Sequence record: OR539218.1
DNA: 64,000 bases
Reading direction: 5' to 3' (one strand)
Source: Escherichia phage vB-Eco-KMB26
Shown: one piece after another, positions 1-9,948 of the stretch
Numbering within the stretch: the first letter of the stretch is position 1
Layout of the letters: each line of letters starts with the position of its first letter
Made by a program: the position numbers and the translations under genes
The notes under the pieces: model-generated
Databases searched by the model: none
Seen by the model: the letters and a program-made list of their open reading frames with translations, nothing else
What the model was told of the DNA's origin: nothing

Positions 1-684
1 AAAATCGTGGGTAGAATCAGCTTCAAGAGCTACTACATAATTCGCATGTTCACCTTCAAATTTAGCAGCGCCTTGTTTACCTTTTGCCCAAAGCAGAAGT
101 TTATAATTTCCTGGTTGCATTTTCATATTTGCCATATTGATAATGAAATTAAATGTGTTTTCACCATCATAATCACCAAGAGTCAAAGAATATTTAACAC
201 GGGTCAGAGCAGAATCTTCTACTTTATTAAAACCGTTAATTACGATTTTACCTTCTTTTACTGTGATAGCAATTGTATCAATCTGCAGACCACGAGATAC
301 ACGCAACAGCTGTTGAAGGTCTTCAGCTTTAATTTCGGTAACAACAGATGCTACCGGGAATGGAATTGGTTTATTAGGAGCAACTACTGTACTCGGATCG
401 GCTGCTGGCCAAAAAATTGTTGAACGGGCATCAGCAATTTTAATATTTCCATCTTCTGACTGGGAAATTTCTGCATCATCATTAACTAGAGACAGAATAC
501 CGAGAAAACCGTTCAAATCGTAAATTGCTACATCAAAATCAATAACGTCAGAAATATTTGCTTCCGCATAAGTTGTACCATTAACTGCGCGAGTCATAAT
601 AAATTGACCTGATTTAAGCATAATACCAGAGTTAATAGTAGCGAAATTTTTAAGCAGAGCAGTAGTATCTTTAGACAGTTTCAT
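1..684 (-). CDS. 45: Sliding clamp gp45; all 228 codons present, stop codon lies just outside the window start
   Basis: Hand translation of the minus strand reads MKLSKDTTALLKNF...EADSTHDF, matching T4 gp45 as recalled. Confidence 0.88.
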   Translation of the reverse strand, partial: MKLSKDTTALLKNFATINSGIMLKSGQFIMTRAVNGTTYAEANISDVIDFDVAIYDLNGFLGILSLVNDDAEISQSEDGNIKIADARSTIFWPAADPSTVVAPNKPIPFPVASVVTEIKAEDLQQLLRVSRGLQIDTIAITVKEGKIVINGFNKVEDSALTRVKYSLTLGDYDGENTFNFIINMANMKMQPGNYKLLLWAKGKQGAAKFEGEHANYVVALEADSTHDF

Positions 685-713
685 GTAATTTCCTTCAATT
701 CAAATGAGATTTA

Positions 714-738
714 ATTTTATAACTAATTAAATAAAGCA
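714..738 (-). promoter_or_regulatory. Middle promoter for gene 45: MotA box TGCTTTA, 12-nt spacer, -10 TAAAAT
   Basis: Minus-strand motif read directly; lies between rpbA stop and gene 45 start. Confidence 0.6.
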
Positions 739-739
739 A

Positions 740-1129
740 TTAACGATTAAAATCAGCTGCGATTGTTTCGGCAACAATTTGAGCAGCAACAATCAGACGT
801 TCATCTGCATTGCCGCAATATTCATCTTCAAGGCGTTCACCACATGAAGTCATAATAAATTTAGCACCGGCGTTTAGGGATTCTGTAGTATGTTTGCGCA
901 TTAGTTCAATCCATTTATTACTTACTTCACGATCGATAGCTTCATAATACGCATGACGAGCAGGTGCAGATTTAATTTTGTTCTGAATAACTTCCATTGC
1001 GTTATCAGAAAGAGACAAAACCCATGCTCGACGAATTTTATTTTGGTTTTGTGGATTTGATTCAGAACGCACGTGTTTTGGCTGAATATCTTTTACATCA
1101 ACAGTATAATTCACAGTAATTTTAGTCAT
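740..1129 (-). CDS. rpbA: RNA polymerase-binding protein RpbA
   Basis: 129-aa ORF; size and position between 45.2 and 45 as in T4. Confidence 0.75.
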   Translation of the reverse strand: MTKITVNYTVDVKDIQPKHVRSESNPQNQNKIRRAWVLSLSDNAMEVIQNKIKSAPARHAYYEAIDREVSNKWIELMRKHTTESLNAGAKFIMTSCGERLEDEYCGNADERLIVAAQIVAETIAADFNR

Positions 1130-1138
1130 AATACACCT

Positions 1139-1327
1139 TTAGTCATAATAATCAGTAACAGTCCAAGCTTCATTTCTATTGGACATTATTTTTGTATATT
1201 CTGCTTTAAATGCATTCCTAAGCATAGATTCAGTAACTATATGCTCTTCATTGGAAAAATTATTTCTCAGAATATATCGTTTTATTTCAGGAATAGTTAA
1301 TAGATGCTGTCCAGTTGAATATTCCAT
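1139..1327 (-). CDS. gp45.2-like small protein
   Basis: 62-aa ORF at the T4 45.2 position; GGAGG RBS upstream. Confidence 0.6.
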   Translation of the reverse strand: MEYSTGQHLLTIPEIKRYILRNNFSNEEHIVTESMLRNAFKAEYTKIMSNRNEAWTVTDYYD

Positions 1328-1344
1328 GTTTTTCCTCCATAGAG

Positions 1345-1368
1345 ATTATACTCTAATAAATTAAAGCA
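1345..1368 (-). promoter_or_regulatory. Middle promoter: MotA box aTGCTTTA, 11-nt spacer, -10 TATAAT
   Basis: Motif read on minus strand directly upstream of the 45.2 start. Confidence 0.5.
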
Positions 1369-1382
1369 TAATCTCTTATAAA

Positions 1383-3065
1383 TTAAACCATTACAGTAAA
1401 TCGACCAACTTTCTTCATTTGAAGATGCTGACCGTATTCTTGTGGGTCATGGTCTTTATGCGAAATTATAAAAACATTAGTGTTTTTCATTGAATTTATA
1501 ATATTAGCTACACCTTTAATACCTTCGGCATCAAATGACCCATCAAACACTTCATCGAGTATTAATGTACTAATACTAACACCAGATACAATAGAAGCAA
1601 TATCACGCCAAGTAAATAAAAGAGCAATATCGATTCGTGCCTTTTCACCTTCACTAAATGAAGCATAACTAAAATCTTCGCGACCACGGGATTTAATTGT
1701 CTCATTAAATTCTTCATCTAATGTAAACACATAATCCGCTTCCATTATTTTAAGATAATGGTTAATCTGCTTATTAAATAATGGAATGTACTTTTTAATA
1801 ATAGCACCTTTAATACCAGAATCTTTGAGCATATCAGTCAAAATTCCTCGGTGGTATTTTTCCATTACTAAATTAGTTTTTGTCTTAACAATTTTATCAA
1901 GTTCTTCTTGAAGCAGTGCTATTTCATCAGCATGGTCAATAAACTCAGAAGATGCTTTTTCTATAGCCGCTTTAACCTTTTTAGCTTTATCTACTGCTGC
2001 GATCAGAGATTGCTTTTTATTGCGAATATCATTTGCCAACGACTGTTGGGTTTTAATATTATCTCGGTATTCATTAACAAGAACTTTTAAATTATCACGA
2101 TGTGTTGAAAGCTGTTCAAACGAATGCGTACATTCAGAAACTTTATCTTTAATTTTAGAAACAACTTTATCACCGGAACTCAATTGTGACAAACAGGTTG
2201 GACATAATCCACCTTCGTGATACATATTAATGACTTTATTATACGAGTCAATTTTTGATTTAATTAAAACTGCTTCTTGACCGATTTTATTAAATGCATC
2301 AGTCGGGTCTTCATCTAAAACAATATTAACTAATCTTTCATTAGCTTCTTCTATTTCCGATTTTAGCGTTCTAGCTTCTTTTGCCAAATCATCATACATA
2401 TTTTGAAGACGTGTAAGATTGTCACCTGTTAATTTTTTCTGGCGTTCAACGTTATCATTATATATTTTAATTTGTTGGATAATACTATCTTTTTTAACGT
2501 CAAGCACTTGGTTTTGTGAATTTAATTCACGTATTAGTGCTTTATTAAGCTTATCCATTTCAGCTAATGTTCCTACCTCAAGCAGGTCTTCCACAAGCTT
2601 TCTTCGCGCAGGGGTCGACAAACCCATGAAAGGGGTATACCCTGCTGTACCAAGGACAACAATCTGCTTGAAACTGGCATATGACATTCCGATAAGCTGT
2701 TCAAATTCTGCTTGGAAATCTTTACTGCTGGCAGATTCATTAAGACGTGTACCGTTAACGGTGATTTCAAAAACGTTCGGTTTTTGTCCTCTTTTGATAT
2801 AGTACTTTTTCTCATCATATTCCATCCACAGTTCAACTAAAAGTTCTTTCTTATTTGTGCTGTTTATTAATTGACCTTTCTTTACATCACGAAATGGCTT
2901 GCCAAAAAGCCCAAATGTGATGGCTTCTAACATAGTAGACTTACCACCGCCATTTCGTCCAGTAATAAGAGTTTTTTGAACCTTATCTAATTGAATGTCA
3001 ATAGGATTTCCACCTACTGACATTATATTTTGATACCTAACTCGGTTTAGTTTAAAATTCTTCAC
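1383..3065 (-). CDS. 46: Recombination endonuclease subunit gp46 (Rad50/SbcC-like ATPase)
   Basis: 560-aa ORF; Walker A GRNGGGKST; long coiled-coil middle; matches T4 gp46. Confidence 0.93.
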   Translation of the reverse strand: MKNFKLNRVRYQNIMSVGGNPIDIQLDKVQKTLITGRNGGGKSTMLEAITFGLFGKPFRDVKKGQLINSTNKKELLVELWMEYDEKKYYIKRGQKPNVFEITVNGTRLNESASSKDFQAEFEQLIGMSYASFKQIVVLGTAGYTPFMGLSTPARRKLVEDLLEVGTLAEMDKLNKALIRELNSQNQVLDVKKDSIIQQIKIYNDNVERQKKLTGDNLTRLQNMYDDLAKEARTLKSEIEEANERLVNIVLDEDPTDAFNKIGQEAVLIKSKIDSYNKVINMYHEGGLCPTCLSQLSSGDKVVSKIKDKVSECTHSFEQLSTHRDNLKVLVNEYRDNIKTQQSLANDIRNKKQSLIAAVDKAKKVKAAIEKASSEFIDHADEIALLQEELDKIVKTKTNLVMEKYHRGILTDMLKDSGIKGAIIKKYIPLFNKQINHYLKIMEADYVFTLDEEFNETIKSRGREDFSYASFSEGEKARIDIALLFTWRDIASIVSGVSISTLILDEVFDGSFDAEGIKGVANIINSMKNTNVFIISHKDHDPQEYGQHLQMKKVGRFTVMV

Positions 3066-3325
3066 AAAAGATTCCTTTTAATGTATCTTTTAGACCATTC
3101 TATCATATCATCATAATCTAAAAAGTATTCATCAAATTCAGCCATGCAAACAACGCCTTGTGCTGCTTTTGATGTGATATAAATTATTCCAACATATCTA
3201 GAATCTTCTTCGGTATAATCAATGTTTGCTATGAATTCATCATTAATGTCAAATGTCGAAAACTTCACAGTATGCATCCTTAATACAAGATACGGCCATA
3301 TCTCGTAATGATTTAGGTGTGTCAT
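3062..3325 (-). CDS. Small hypothetical protein at the 46.1 position; true start uncertain (internal Met at 3277 possible)
   Basis: 87-aa ORF overlapping gene 46 by 4 nt. Confidence 0.5.
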   Translation of the reverse strand: MTHLNHYEIWPYLVLRMHTVKFSTFDINDEFIANIDYTEEDSRYVGIIYITSKAAQGVVCMAEFDEYFLDYDDMIEWSKRYIKRNLL

Positions 3326-3512
3326 TATCTAAAATGTTGAAGTTAAAGGATACAGCCCAGTCAGTGCAGACCGTAACCTTTTTAATACAATTATCTTCAA
3401 CCTCTAGCGGTTCAAACCAATATTCAATAATTTCTTTATGCCCAATATCATCTTTTACTTCGCATTCAAAATGCTGACTCATCATAACATTTTTAAATTC
3501 ATCAAAAGTCAT
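3249..3512 (-). CDS. Small hypothetical protein at the 46.2 position
   Basis: 87-aa ORF; stop overlaps neighbouring ORF, start overlaps gene 47 stop. Confidence 0.55.
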   Translation of the reverse strand: MTFDEFKNVMMSQHFECEVKDDIGHKEIIEYWFEPLEVEDNCIKKVTVCTDWAVSFNFNILDNDTPKSLRDMAVSCIKDAYCEVFDI

Positions 3513-4528
3513 TGTGTTGCCTCTACATATAACTGATTTGCATATTGAATAAGTGCTTCACGGTCAGAATCAGTGATGTCTGGAATTGCATTAATGTATT
3601 CTTCCATCAACGTCTGAAGAGATTGAACTTCAACCTCTTCGCTGTCATCTGACTCGACAGAGTTATCAATCTTTGACACAACTCGTAACGAATGCACAAC
3701 TTTCTCTAGTTCAGATTCGAACTTCGTCAGATTTTTGTCTACTTCAGTTACTATAACACGTACTGATAGATTTGTAAAATCTTTATAGTCAATTTTTCCT
3801 TTAAATGGATAATGAATTCTACGATGCCAGGTAGTATTGTTTGGAATAAATTCCATTCGTTCTGTTTCTGTATCAAACATCCAGAACCCACGAGGGTCAT
3901 TCTCGTCACCTGCAGTTAGTGTCCATGGTGTCCCAATATATCTGACGTTAGCAGCCTCAGAAATAGTATGGAAGTGACCAGACCACACTTCTTTATAAGT
4001 CTTAAGGAAATCAGGTTCAAGACCGTGAGATTTCATTCCTTTATAAAAATAAAATCCATTCAGTTCCCAGTGACCAACACAAAAAGAAGCAGATGAAGTT
4101 TTGATATGCTCAAGAATTTCACCAGTATTTTCTTCACACATCCAAGGAATTAAATCAATTAAACATCCGTCAAAATCTACTGTAGTAGGCTTATCATATA
4201 CTTTAACATTAGGATATTTAGCCAAAAGCTCAGTAGAGGCATTTGGAGTTAAAGTATTTTTAAAGTGCATATCATGGTTTCCTACAATAGTATGTAGGGT
4301 AATACCAGCATCATCAAGCATTTGAACTATTTCACGGGCGAACTCCATAGTTTTGTGTGTGATTGCTTTTCGCACATCAAAAATATCACCGTATTGAATC
4401 CAGGTAGTAATTCCATTTTTCTTAGAATATTCTATTGCTTGTTTAATTCCATCCAACTGAATGGATTGAACCCACTCATCATCGGCTTTAACGCCTAAAT
4501 GCCAATCACCTAAATTTAAAATTTTCAT
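3509..4528 (-). CDS. 47: Recombination exonuclease subunit gp47 (Mre11/SbcD-like phosphoesterase)
   Basis: 339-aa ORF; motifs GDWHLG, GDIFD, GNHD; matches T4 gp47. Confidence 0.93.
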   Translation of the reverse strand: MKILNLGDWHLGVKADDEWVQSIQLDGIKQAIEYSKKNGITTWIQYGDIFDVRKAITHKTMEFAREIVQMLDDAGITLHTIVGNHDMHFKNTLTPNASTELLAKYPNVKVYDKPTTVDFDGCLIDLIPWMCEENTGEILEHIKTSSASFCVGHWELNGFYFYKGMKSHGLEPDFLKTYKEVWSGHFHTISEAANVRYIGTPWTLTAGDENDPRGFWMFDTETERMEFIPNNTTWHRRIHYPFKGKIDYKDFTNLSVRVIVTEVDKNLTKFESELEKVVHSLRVVSKIDNSVESDDSEEVEVQSLQTLMEEYINAIPDITDSDREALIQYANQLYVEATQ

Positions 4529-4665
4529 ATATCAAGAACCGTCATTGAAATGCAAAATAAAATTATTGAAATAAACCCATCTGGTGTGCTAAAGAAACCA
4601 ATCCAGCATGCTCTAGTGAATAGATAAAATGCAAGAAAAAGTATCACATATCCAAAAAATATCAT
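4525..4665 (-). CDS. Small hydrophobic protein (46 aa), translationally coupled to gene 47 by an ATGA overlap
   Basis: Hand translation MIFFGYVILFLAFYLF...MTVLDI; below the ORF-track size cutoff. Confidence 0.4.
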   Translation of the reverse strand: MIFFGYVILFLAFYLFTRACWIGFFSTPDGFISIILFCISMTVLDI

Positions 4666-4687
4666 TATATCAAACTCCGTATAAAGC

Positions 4688-4705
4688 TAAAGGGCCGAAG
4701 CCCTT
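4688..4705 (-). terminator. C(UUCG)G hairpin GGGCttcgGCCC just after a-gt stop
   Basis: Perfect stem with UUCG tetraloop on the minus strand followed by a U-rich tract. Confidence 0.6.
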
Positions 4706-5907
4706 TATTTTGTAATAATGTCAAACTGTTCTTTAAAGCAGAAGCTTGAATCTTGATGCTGATACAAAAATTCATATGCTTTTTCTCGCTCACGGTCATA
4801 AAGAGCTCGGTCAGATGACAGTTCTTTAATACGTTCAAACGTTGATTCCATATCATTTTCATCAAACCAAATGATACCGCTATCATGCGAGGTCAAAGGA
4901 GTATTATCAACACGGAATTTTAAATTTTCGCCAGTAGATTTCCAAAATACCGGAATTGTTCCACATGCACCAAGCTCGAGATGAGTATATTCTAAAGAAC
5001 GTTGCAGATATTTTTTATCCAACTTACTCAACTGATAACCAAATCCGGATTTACTCATGCGTTCAAGCATTTCGCTATTTACATAACGGTCAAGAATTTG
5101 CGTTGGCAAATTAGGAGCAATTTTAATTTGGTCTACTTGATGAAGACGATAATACTCGTATGGAATTCCTTTTTCTTTAATAGGAATGAACGCTGGAGAA
5201 CGTTCCAGACCTTCCATAATAGTACTTAGTCCTGCAGGTTTAAGATGTTTTTCATGAAAATCAAACATCTGATAAAAACCTTTCCATGTAGTCGTACGAC
5301 CAATCCAACGGTTGATATTCATGTTAATTTCAGAAACATCTTTCCAGTAGGTTGACCGAACCTTCGCAATATCCATAGGAGGCTGAAAGTTATATACTGT
5401 CGGTGCTTCTTCAATATCATCAAACAGAGAAACAGTTTCTGGATACCATTCTTTCATCAGAACTTTATTAAAATCACCATTATCAGAATGACTAAAAATA
5501 ACATCAGCTCGACGAACAGTTTCTTCTAATCCCAAATTTCGACGCAAAGAAAGAGAAGAATGGTCATGTTGATAAACTACAACACGAACAGAAGGTTTAA
5601 TGTTATCAATAATTTTTTTATAGTTATTAATAGTGTCTTCTTCAACCGAAGTAGCAGGAACTGAATTGATAATTAGAATATCACAATCATTTACCAGCTT
5701 AAGTGTTTTATCATATTCTTTTGCCAATAAAACCGGAATTGAAAATGATTTATAATCATGCGCGCAATTACGAGTAAATGATTTATCTTTAGCATAAACC
5801 AAAGTTACTTCATGACCATTTTTAATAAACCAATCACGTTGCTCGAGTGAGAATTTTGTTACACCACAACCTTCAAGACCTCGAGCCATAAAAATACATA
5901 CTTTCAT
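4705..5907 (-). CDS. a-gt: DNA alpha-glucosyltransferase
   Basis: 400-aa ORF near-identical to T4 alpha-glucosyltransferase as recalled. Confidence 0.93.
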   Translation of the reverse strand: MKVCIFMARGLEGCGVTKFSLEQRDWFIKNGHEVTLVYAKDKSFTRNCAHDYKSFSIPVLLAKEYDKTLKLVNDCDILIINSVPATSVEEDTINNYKKIIDNIKPSVRVVVYQHDHSSLSLRRNLGLEETVRRADVIFSHSDNGDFNKVLMKEWYPETVSLFDDIEEAPTVYNFQPPMDIAKVRSTYWKDVSEINMNINRWIGRTTTWKGFYQMFDFHEKHLKPAGLSTIMEGLERSPAFIPIKEKGIPYEYYRLHQVDQIKIAPNLPTQILDRYVNSEMLERMSKSGFGYQLSKLDKKYLQRSLEYTHLELGACGTIPVFWKSTGENLKFRVDNTPLTSHDSGIIWFDENDMESTFERIKELSSDRALYDREREKAYEFLYQHQDSSFCFKEQFDIITK

Positions 5908-5931
5908 TTAATATCCTCTTTGTTTTGGTTT

Positions 5932-5955
5932 ATTTTACCAAAAATTTATAAAGCA
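5932..5955 (-). promoter_or_regulatory. Middle promoter upstream of a-gt: MotA box TGCTTTA, 11-nt spacer, TAAAAT
   Basis: Motif read on minus strand about 25 nt upstream of the a-gt ATG. Confidence 0.5.
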
Positions 5956-5956
5956 A

Positions 5957-5976
5957 TATAGGAGCCGAAGCTCCTA
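5957..5976 (-). terminator. C(UUCG)G hairpin (ATAGGAGCttcgGCTCCTAT)
   Basis: 8-bp perfect stem with UUCG loop on minus strand. Confidence 0.5.
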
Positions 5977-6150
5977 TCCACATAATACGCCATACAGAGG
6001 CTCGTTAGAACTTTTAAATTTTATGCGCTTATATTTTATAGTTCCTTCTGCTTTAGCTTTATCATGAGACTCTTTAAAGCGTCTCATCATTTCCTCTTGA
6101 GAGGAACGAATTTTATTATAATCTATTTCAGAAGTCTGGGTGTTCATCTT

Positions 6151-6357
6151 TCACAGTTGCCACCATTTTTTGACTTGATAAGAATCAACCCACACTTTCA
6201 TATTAGGGTCTGCTCTTACAATAGGAGGATTAACTTCTTTAATTGAACTATCATGGTATTCTTTTTCAGAAATTTTCACACAAAGATGACCATTCAAAGA
6301 TTCAGTAAATCCTGCATTAATTTTAAGACGCTTGAATTTTACGTGTGTAAGCATCAA
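6151..6357 (-). CDS. Hypothetical small protein
   Basis: 68-aa ORF co-oriented with neighbours. Confidence 0.4.
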   Translation of the reverse strand: MMLTHVKFKRLKINAGFTESLNGHLCVKISEKEYHDSSIKEVNPPIVRADPNMKVWVDSYQVKKWWQL

Positions 6358-6640
6358 TCATATCCTCAATCTGCGATCTAGTAGTCTTCCAAAGAATACT
6401 GATGAGTTCATCGTTATATGGCTGTTTCAGAATATCCCGACTTTTCTTGATAGCATATTCGTATTGAGCAAAATTATTGTTTTCAGCTGCGATCTGAGCG
6501 TGCTTATAAAGACGATTCAGTTCGCGTTTGTTTTTAGACAATAACTTATTTGCTTTTCTTTCTGCTTCAAGACGGTTCTTTTCTTCAATAGAAGAAATAA
6601 GCTTTTCCACTTCATCATTAATTTCGGGTTTATCAGTCAT
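6323..6640 (-). CDS. Hypothetical protein
   Basis: 105-aa ORF, charged and helical. Confidence 0.5.
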   Translation of the reverse strand: MTDKPEINDEVEKLISSIEEKNRLEAERKANKLLSKNKRELNRLYKHAQIAAENNNFAQYEYAIKKSRDILKQPYNDELISILWKTTRSQIEDMIDAYTRKIQAS

Positions 6641-6641
6641 A

Positions 6642-6860
6642 TTATTTCTCTAATATAAAATAAAAATCATCATCTGTTAAATGATACCTGTAATTTAATT
6701 CTACACCATTAGATTTAAAAGCGGTATCATACGGATTTTCTGGATCAATATCAATGTCAAGAGCTAAAACTTCCCTGAGATACATTTTAAGTAAATAGGG
6801 AATAGCTTCAACTTCAGGTATTTCTTCCAAGAATCCGGAGAGGTTAATCGTTAGCCTCAT
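6642..6860 (-). CDS. Hypothetical small acidic protein
   Basis: 72-aa ORF abutting gene 55. Confidence 0.5.
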
Positions 6861-7401
6861 ATAAAAAATCCAAACTAGGAGAATCGTCTACAACACTTTT
6901 CTTTTCAGCCCCCGGTGTTCTATAGGTTGATTCTTCGTAATGCGTCATTTTATCGTAGATGTCTTGAATAAAAGTTTCATCTACTAACGCAACCATATCG
7001 TCGTCACGGCTGTCATAGACATTGTGAACGAAGTAACTGTATTTCTTTGCAACTTCCTTACGTTCTTTTTTAATACGCTGGACGAATGCATTAAAACAAG
7101 CTTGAGTTATATATGCATGTGGGTTTTTATATTTCGTTTCATCAAAATTATGAAGCCCCTTAATAGAAGCTTCTATACCATCTGCAATCATTTCTTGTTT
7201 CCAAGACTGGGTGTATCCTGAAAAGTTGAAACGTTTAGATAAGCCTTCTGCAATAAGCATAATGGCTAATCCGATAGTATCATTCTGACGAACTACTTTA
7301 TTTGGGTCTTTATTATTTGCTAATTCTGTTTTCCAATCAATAATAGCTTGTAAAAGCTCTTTATTGTTTACGTAATTATATTTAGGCTTAGTTTCTGACA
7401 T
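6844..7401 (-). CDS. 55: Late-transcription sigma factor gp55 (ORF track extends 2 codons further, to 7407)
   Basis: [23 protein letters not shown]... matches T4 gp55 (185 aa). Confidence 0.92.
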
Positions 7402-7479
7402 TTTCACCTCTTAGCTCAATTCATAGATCTATTATATCATAATATTTGAAGATCTATCTTAAAGCATAGAGGATATCAG

Positions 7480-7749
7480 TTATCTAAGTAAACAGTATGC
7501 TTGGAACACTTTCTCCATCATCTTTTTAAATTCATGAATATCTATATAATGACTAGTTAGATCAGCATGATATAAAAAGTCTAAAAACTTTTCATGTGTA
7601 CTAACATATTCACTTTCATTTAATTCAGAAACATGGCTTTCCCAATATCCAACACCAGTCTTATTTGGGAAAAATGAAATTTTCATGTATTGGTCAACAT
7701 AGAAAATGCCATAATTTTCAATAGTAATAGAAATATTAATAAATTTCAT
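7480..7749 (-). CDS. Hypothetical early protein
   Basis: 89-aa ORF. Confidence 0.45.
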   Translation of the reverse strand: MKFINISITIENYGIFYVDQYMKISFFPNKTGVGYWESHVSELNESEYVSTHEKFLDFLYHADLTSHYIDIHEFKKMMEKVFQAYCLLR

Positions 7750-7961
7750 ACATTCATCAACTTAGCCGCTTCAAGAGCTGCATCTAGTGAATCAAATTGG
7801 TCAACATATTCAATCAATTCGCCGTAATTGGCATATAACCACCATTGGCTAAATTCATACTCAAGGATGAATCCGTTTCCTTCAATTTGAGTTAAACCAA
7901 TGCCATTTGTATTTACTTCATATCCAGCAAGACGCAAATCGTTAATAAGAGCTTCGTTCAT
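7746..7961 (-). CDS. Hypothetical small acidic protein
   Basis: 71-aa ORF, 4-nt overlap with downstream gene. Confidence 0.5.
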   Translation of the reverse strand: MNEALINDLRLAGYEVNTNGIGLTQIEGNGFILEYEFSQWWLYANYGELIEYVDQFDSLDAALEAAKLMNV

Positions 7962-7963
7962 AA

Positions 7964-8290
7964 TTATACCTTAGTAATTTTCAGGTCTGCAAATTTTTTC
8001 TTGCGTTGATTTTTCATGCGACGAATAGTTTTATCGGAAATTTCATGCTTTTGATAAGCTTTAGATTCTACACCAAAAGCTTTAACATCAAATTCTGACA
8101 AGATATATTGAACCAACAATTCACGGACAGTATTGCGTCCAATCTTCTGATCATTCTGTTTCATCGTCTGATGAAGCTCTTTTTCCCATTTATCCAAAAT
8201 TTGAGGAGTTACAATATCGCCTTTTTCTAGCAAAGAAACTACTTTATCATATGCGTAAGAATTAATGACGTTTTTAATTTGAATAGTCAT
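7964..8290 (-). CDS. Hypothetical basic protein
   Basis: 108-aa ORF. Confidence 0.5.
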   Translation of the reverse strand: MTIQIKNVINSYAYDKVVSLLEKGDIVTPQILDKWEKELHQTMKQNDQKIGRNTVRELLVQYILSEFDVKAFGVESKAYQKHEISDKTIRRMKNQRKKKFADLKITKV

Positions 8291-8326
8291 ACATTATCCT
8301 CAATTACGTTAAAATTTTATTATCCA

Positions 8327-8345
8327 AAAAGGGCCGAAGCCCTTA
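8327..8345 (-). terminator. C(UUCG)G hairpin GGGCttcgGCCC
   Basis: Stem-loop read directly; 3' of ORF 8343-8543. Confidence 0.5.
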
Positions 8346-8543
8346 GCTAAACTTTTTGGCACCCTTCCAGCCTTCGTACATCATTGCGACTGACAATGAC
8401 AAAGCTCCTTCACATGCTGCATACTTATTATTCCAGAACCAATTTAGAAAAACTTCATCCTCAATACCATTGTGTTTCATGTTCTGGAAAAATTTGGCGC
8501 GTTCTTCAGCAATTCGCTGCGATAATTTAGATTCAGGATTCAT
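8343..8543 (-). CDS. Hypothetical small protein
   Basis: 66-aa ORF. Confidence 0.45.
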   Translation of the reverse strand: MNPESKLSQRIAEERAKFFQNMKHNGIEDEVFLNWFWNNKYAACEGALSLSVAMMYEGWKGAKKFS

Positions 8544-8675
8544 TTAAATTTCCCAATTACCATTTTCATCAATAAATTTAATCCAGTCATTTACTGACCA
8601 CTTAGTTGTATCGCCTTTTGGAGTAACATTTAAAGTATATAACCCCTGCTTAAAAAGCATTCGTTTGATATTCAT
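8544..8675 (-). CDS. Hypothetical small protein; start set at internal Met with GAGG RBS (ORF track extends to 8759)
   Basis: RBS GAGGAAAAT-ATG read on minus strand; avoids overlap with upstream ORF. Confidence 0.4.
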   Translation of the reverse strand: MNIKRMLFKQGLYTLNVTPKGDTTKWSVNDWIKFIDENGNWEI

Positions 8676-8682
8676 ATTTTCC

Positions 8683-8976
8683 TCAGCTATAACGATAACA
8701 CTCGTTTGATTTACGTTTAGCAACTCGTTGAGAAGTATTATAATCAAAATCATCGTCAATGTAAACTGATTTTTTCAACTTTCTTACTTCACCGCGTAAT
8801 TGACGATTTAACTCATCTTTAACTTCTGAATCAATACCTTTCATTCTACGCCATTTATCTGAGCGAAAAATGTTTTCAACCATATCTTTATGACTTACAC
8901 CATCAGGAGCTTTACGCTTTCCGAAATAGTCATAATCACGAACTTTCAAGTCTTTACGACGATACGTTTTACCCAT
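8683..8976 (-). CDS. Hypothetical basic protein; start at MGKTYRRK with one-base TAATG-type stop/start overlap to the upstream ORF (ORF track extends to 9015)
   Basis: Hand inspection of start context. Confidence 0.45.
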   Translation of the reverse strand: MGKTYRRKDLKVRDYDYFGKRKAPDGVSHKDMVENIFRSDKWRRMKGIDSEVKDELNRQLRGEVRKLKKSVYIDDDFDYNTSQRVAKRKSNECYRYS

Positions 8977-9151
8977 GGAGTTTAATTTCCTTAGCAACTG
9001 AACTAAATGCAGCACGATCGCAAATCATGCGTTTATGTAACTTGAGTATAATATAGCAAACTTCAAAACTATTTACATGAGTAACACGAACAGCATTACC
9101 ATTAATGAGATAATACTGTCCCTTTTTAATTTCTTTATCAACCATAACCAT
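8969..9151 (-). CDS. Hypothetical small protein directly downstream of an early promoter
   Basis: 60-aa ORF. Confidence 0.45.
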   Translation of the reverse strand: MVMVDKEIKKGQYYLINGNAVRVTHVNSFEVCYIILKLHKRMICDRAAFSSVAKEIKLHG

Positions 9152-9179
9152 ATCAATTCCTCAAAGGCAATTCATATGT

Positions 9180-9232
9180 TAATAATACCACAGTTTGAGC
9201 TCGTTGTAAACAACTTTGTGAAAATTATTTTA
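9180..9232 (-). promoter_or_regulatory. Early promoter (A/T-rich upstream element, -35 GTTTAC, -10 TATTAT)
   Basis: Minus-strand reading ...tttcacaaagttGTTTACaacgagctcaaactgtggTATTAT...; same architecture recurs across the window. Confidence 0.55.
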
Positions 9233-9309
9233 GGGAATGATAAGAAGGGAACGATAGCTTAGAATGGTAATATACAGAATGTGAGAAAGAAGGACCCAGA
9301 GGGCCCGTC

Positions 9310-9618
9310 TTAGTCTTCTATGATATCTCTATCATATCCAAGTGAAATGAGAGTTTCTTTGAAATGTTTAATGTTCTTTTGTCTAGAATCATTAATGAAA
9401 ATGACTGGATAACGAATGTTAAGAGATGTGAATCCAGCGCGTTTAGCAAGAGATACAATCAGTGGACGATCATACTCAATCTTACCGTTATTTGTAAGAA
9501 CTTTATAGAAAGTAAAAGGAGCATTGAGCTCCTTTAGAAGTTTTGTAACTGATTGACATCCAGGACAACGACCTACTTCATCTGGAATTCCATAGACTTC
9601 AATCTTATTTTGTTTCAC
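9310..9618 (-). CDS. nrdH: NrdH-like glutaredoxin/thioredoxin-fold protein (CPGC active site)
   Basis: 102-aa ORF with CPGC motif, adjacent to nrdG/nrdD. Confidence 0.75.
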   Translation of the reverse strand: MKQNKIEVYGIPDEVGRCPGCQSVTKLLKELNAPFTFYKVLTNNGKIEYDRPLIVSLAKRAGFTSLNIRYPVIFINDSRQKNIKHFKETLISLGYDRDIIED

Positions 9619-9620
9619 AA

Positions 9621-9833
9621 CTATTCCTTACTGAGAGCAGCATTCAGCTTATTAGTAATTTTATCCAGACGCTCATTGAACTCACTAGAAGATAGTCCTT
9701 TTTCTGGAGAAATCAAACTAATCACGAAAAATATAGCAATAAAAGGAATAAGGAAAATAGCTCCAACTGCCATAAACAGAAAGAATGTTACAGTTGTAAG
9801 AAAATCAGCTAAACCTTTACGAAATTTATACAT
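9621..9833 (-). CDS. Small membrane protein
   Basis: 70 aa with one strongly hydrophobic segment. Confidence 0.5.
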   Translation of the reverse strand: MYKFRKGLADFLTTVTFFLFMAVGAIFLIPFIAIFFVISLISPEKGLSSSEFNERLDKITNKLNAALSKE

Positions 9834-9948
9834 ATTTTACCCTTAATTGATTAACCAAGCATTGATAAGCACTAAACTATACTGCGAATAAAATTCTGGA
9901 CCAAAATGAAAAATCATATCATTTATAGTATCCATAATGTAATTCAAT

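Noticed and set aside
7-423. Plus-strand ORF of 138 aa at the window start
   Set aside because: Lies entirely antisense to gene 45, whose minus-strand translation matches a known protein; low-complexity translation.
1073-1364. Plus-strand ORFs 1073-1300 and 1179-1364
   Set aside because: Antisense to rpbA and the 45.2 ORF in an A/T-rich region; no RBS; typical shadow ORFs.
2419-2836. ORFs 2419-2802 (+) and 2573-2836 (-) inside gene 46
   Set aside because: Embedded in the gp46 coding region in other frames; gp46 is unambiguous.
9077-9262. Plus-strand ORF across the early promoter at 9180-9232
   Set aside because: Covers a minus-strand promoter and the 5' end of a minus-strand gene; low-complexity translation.
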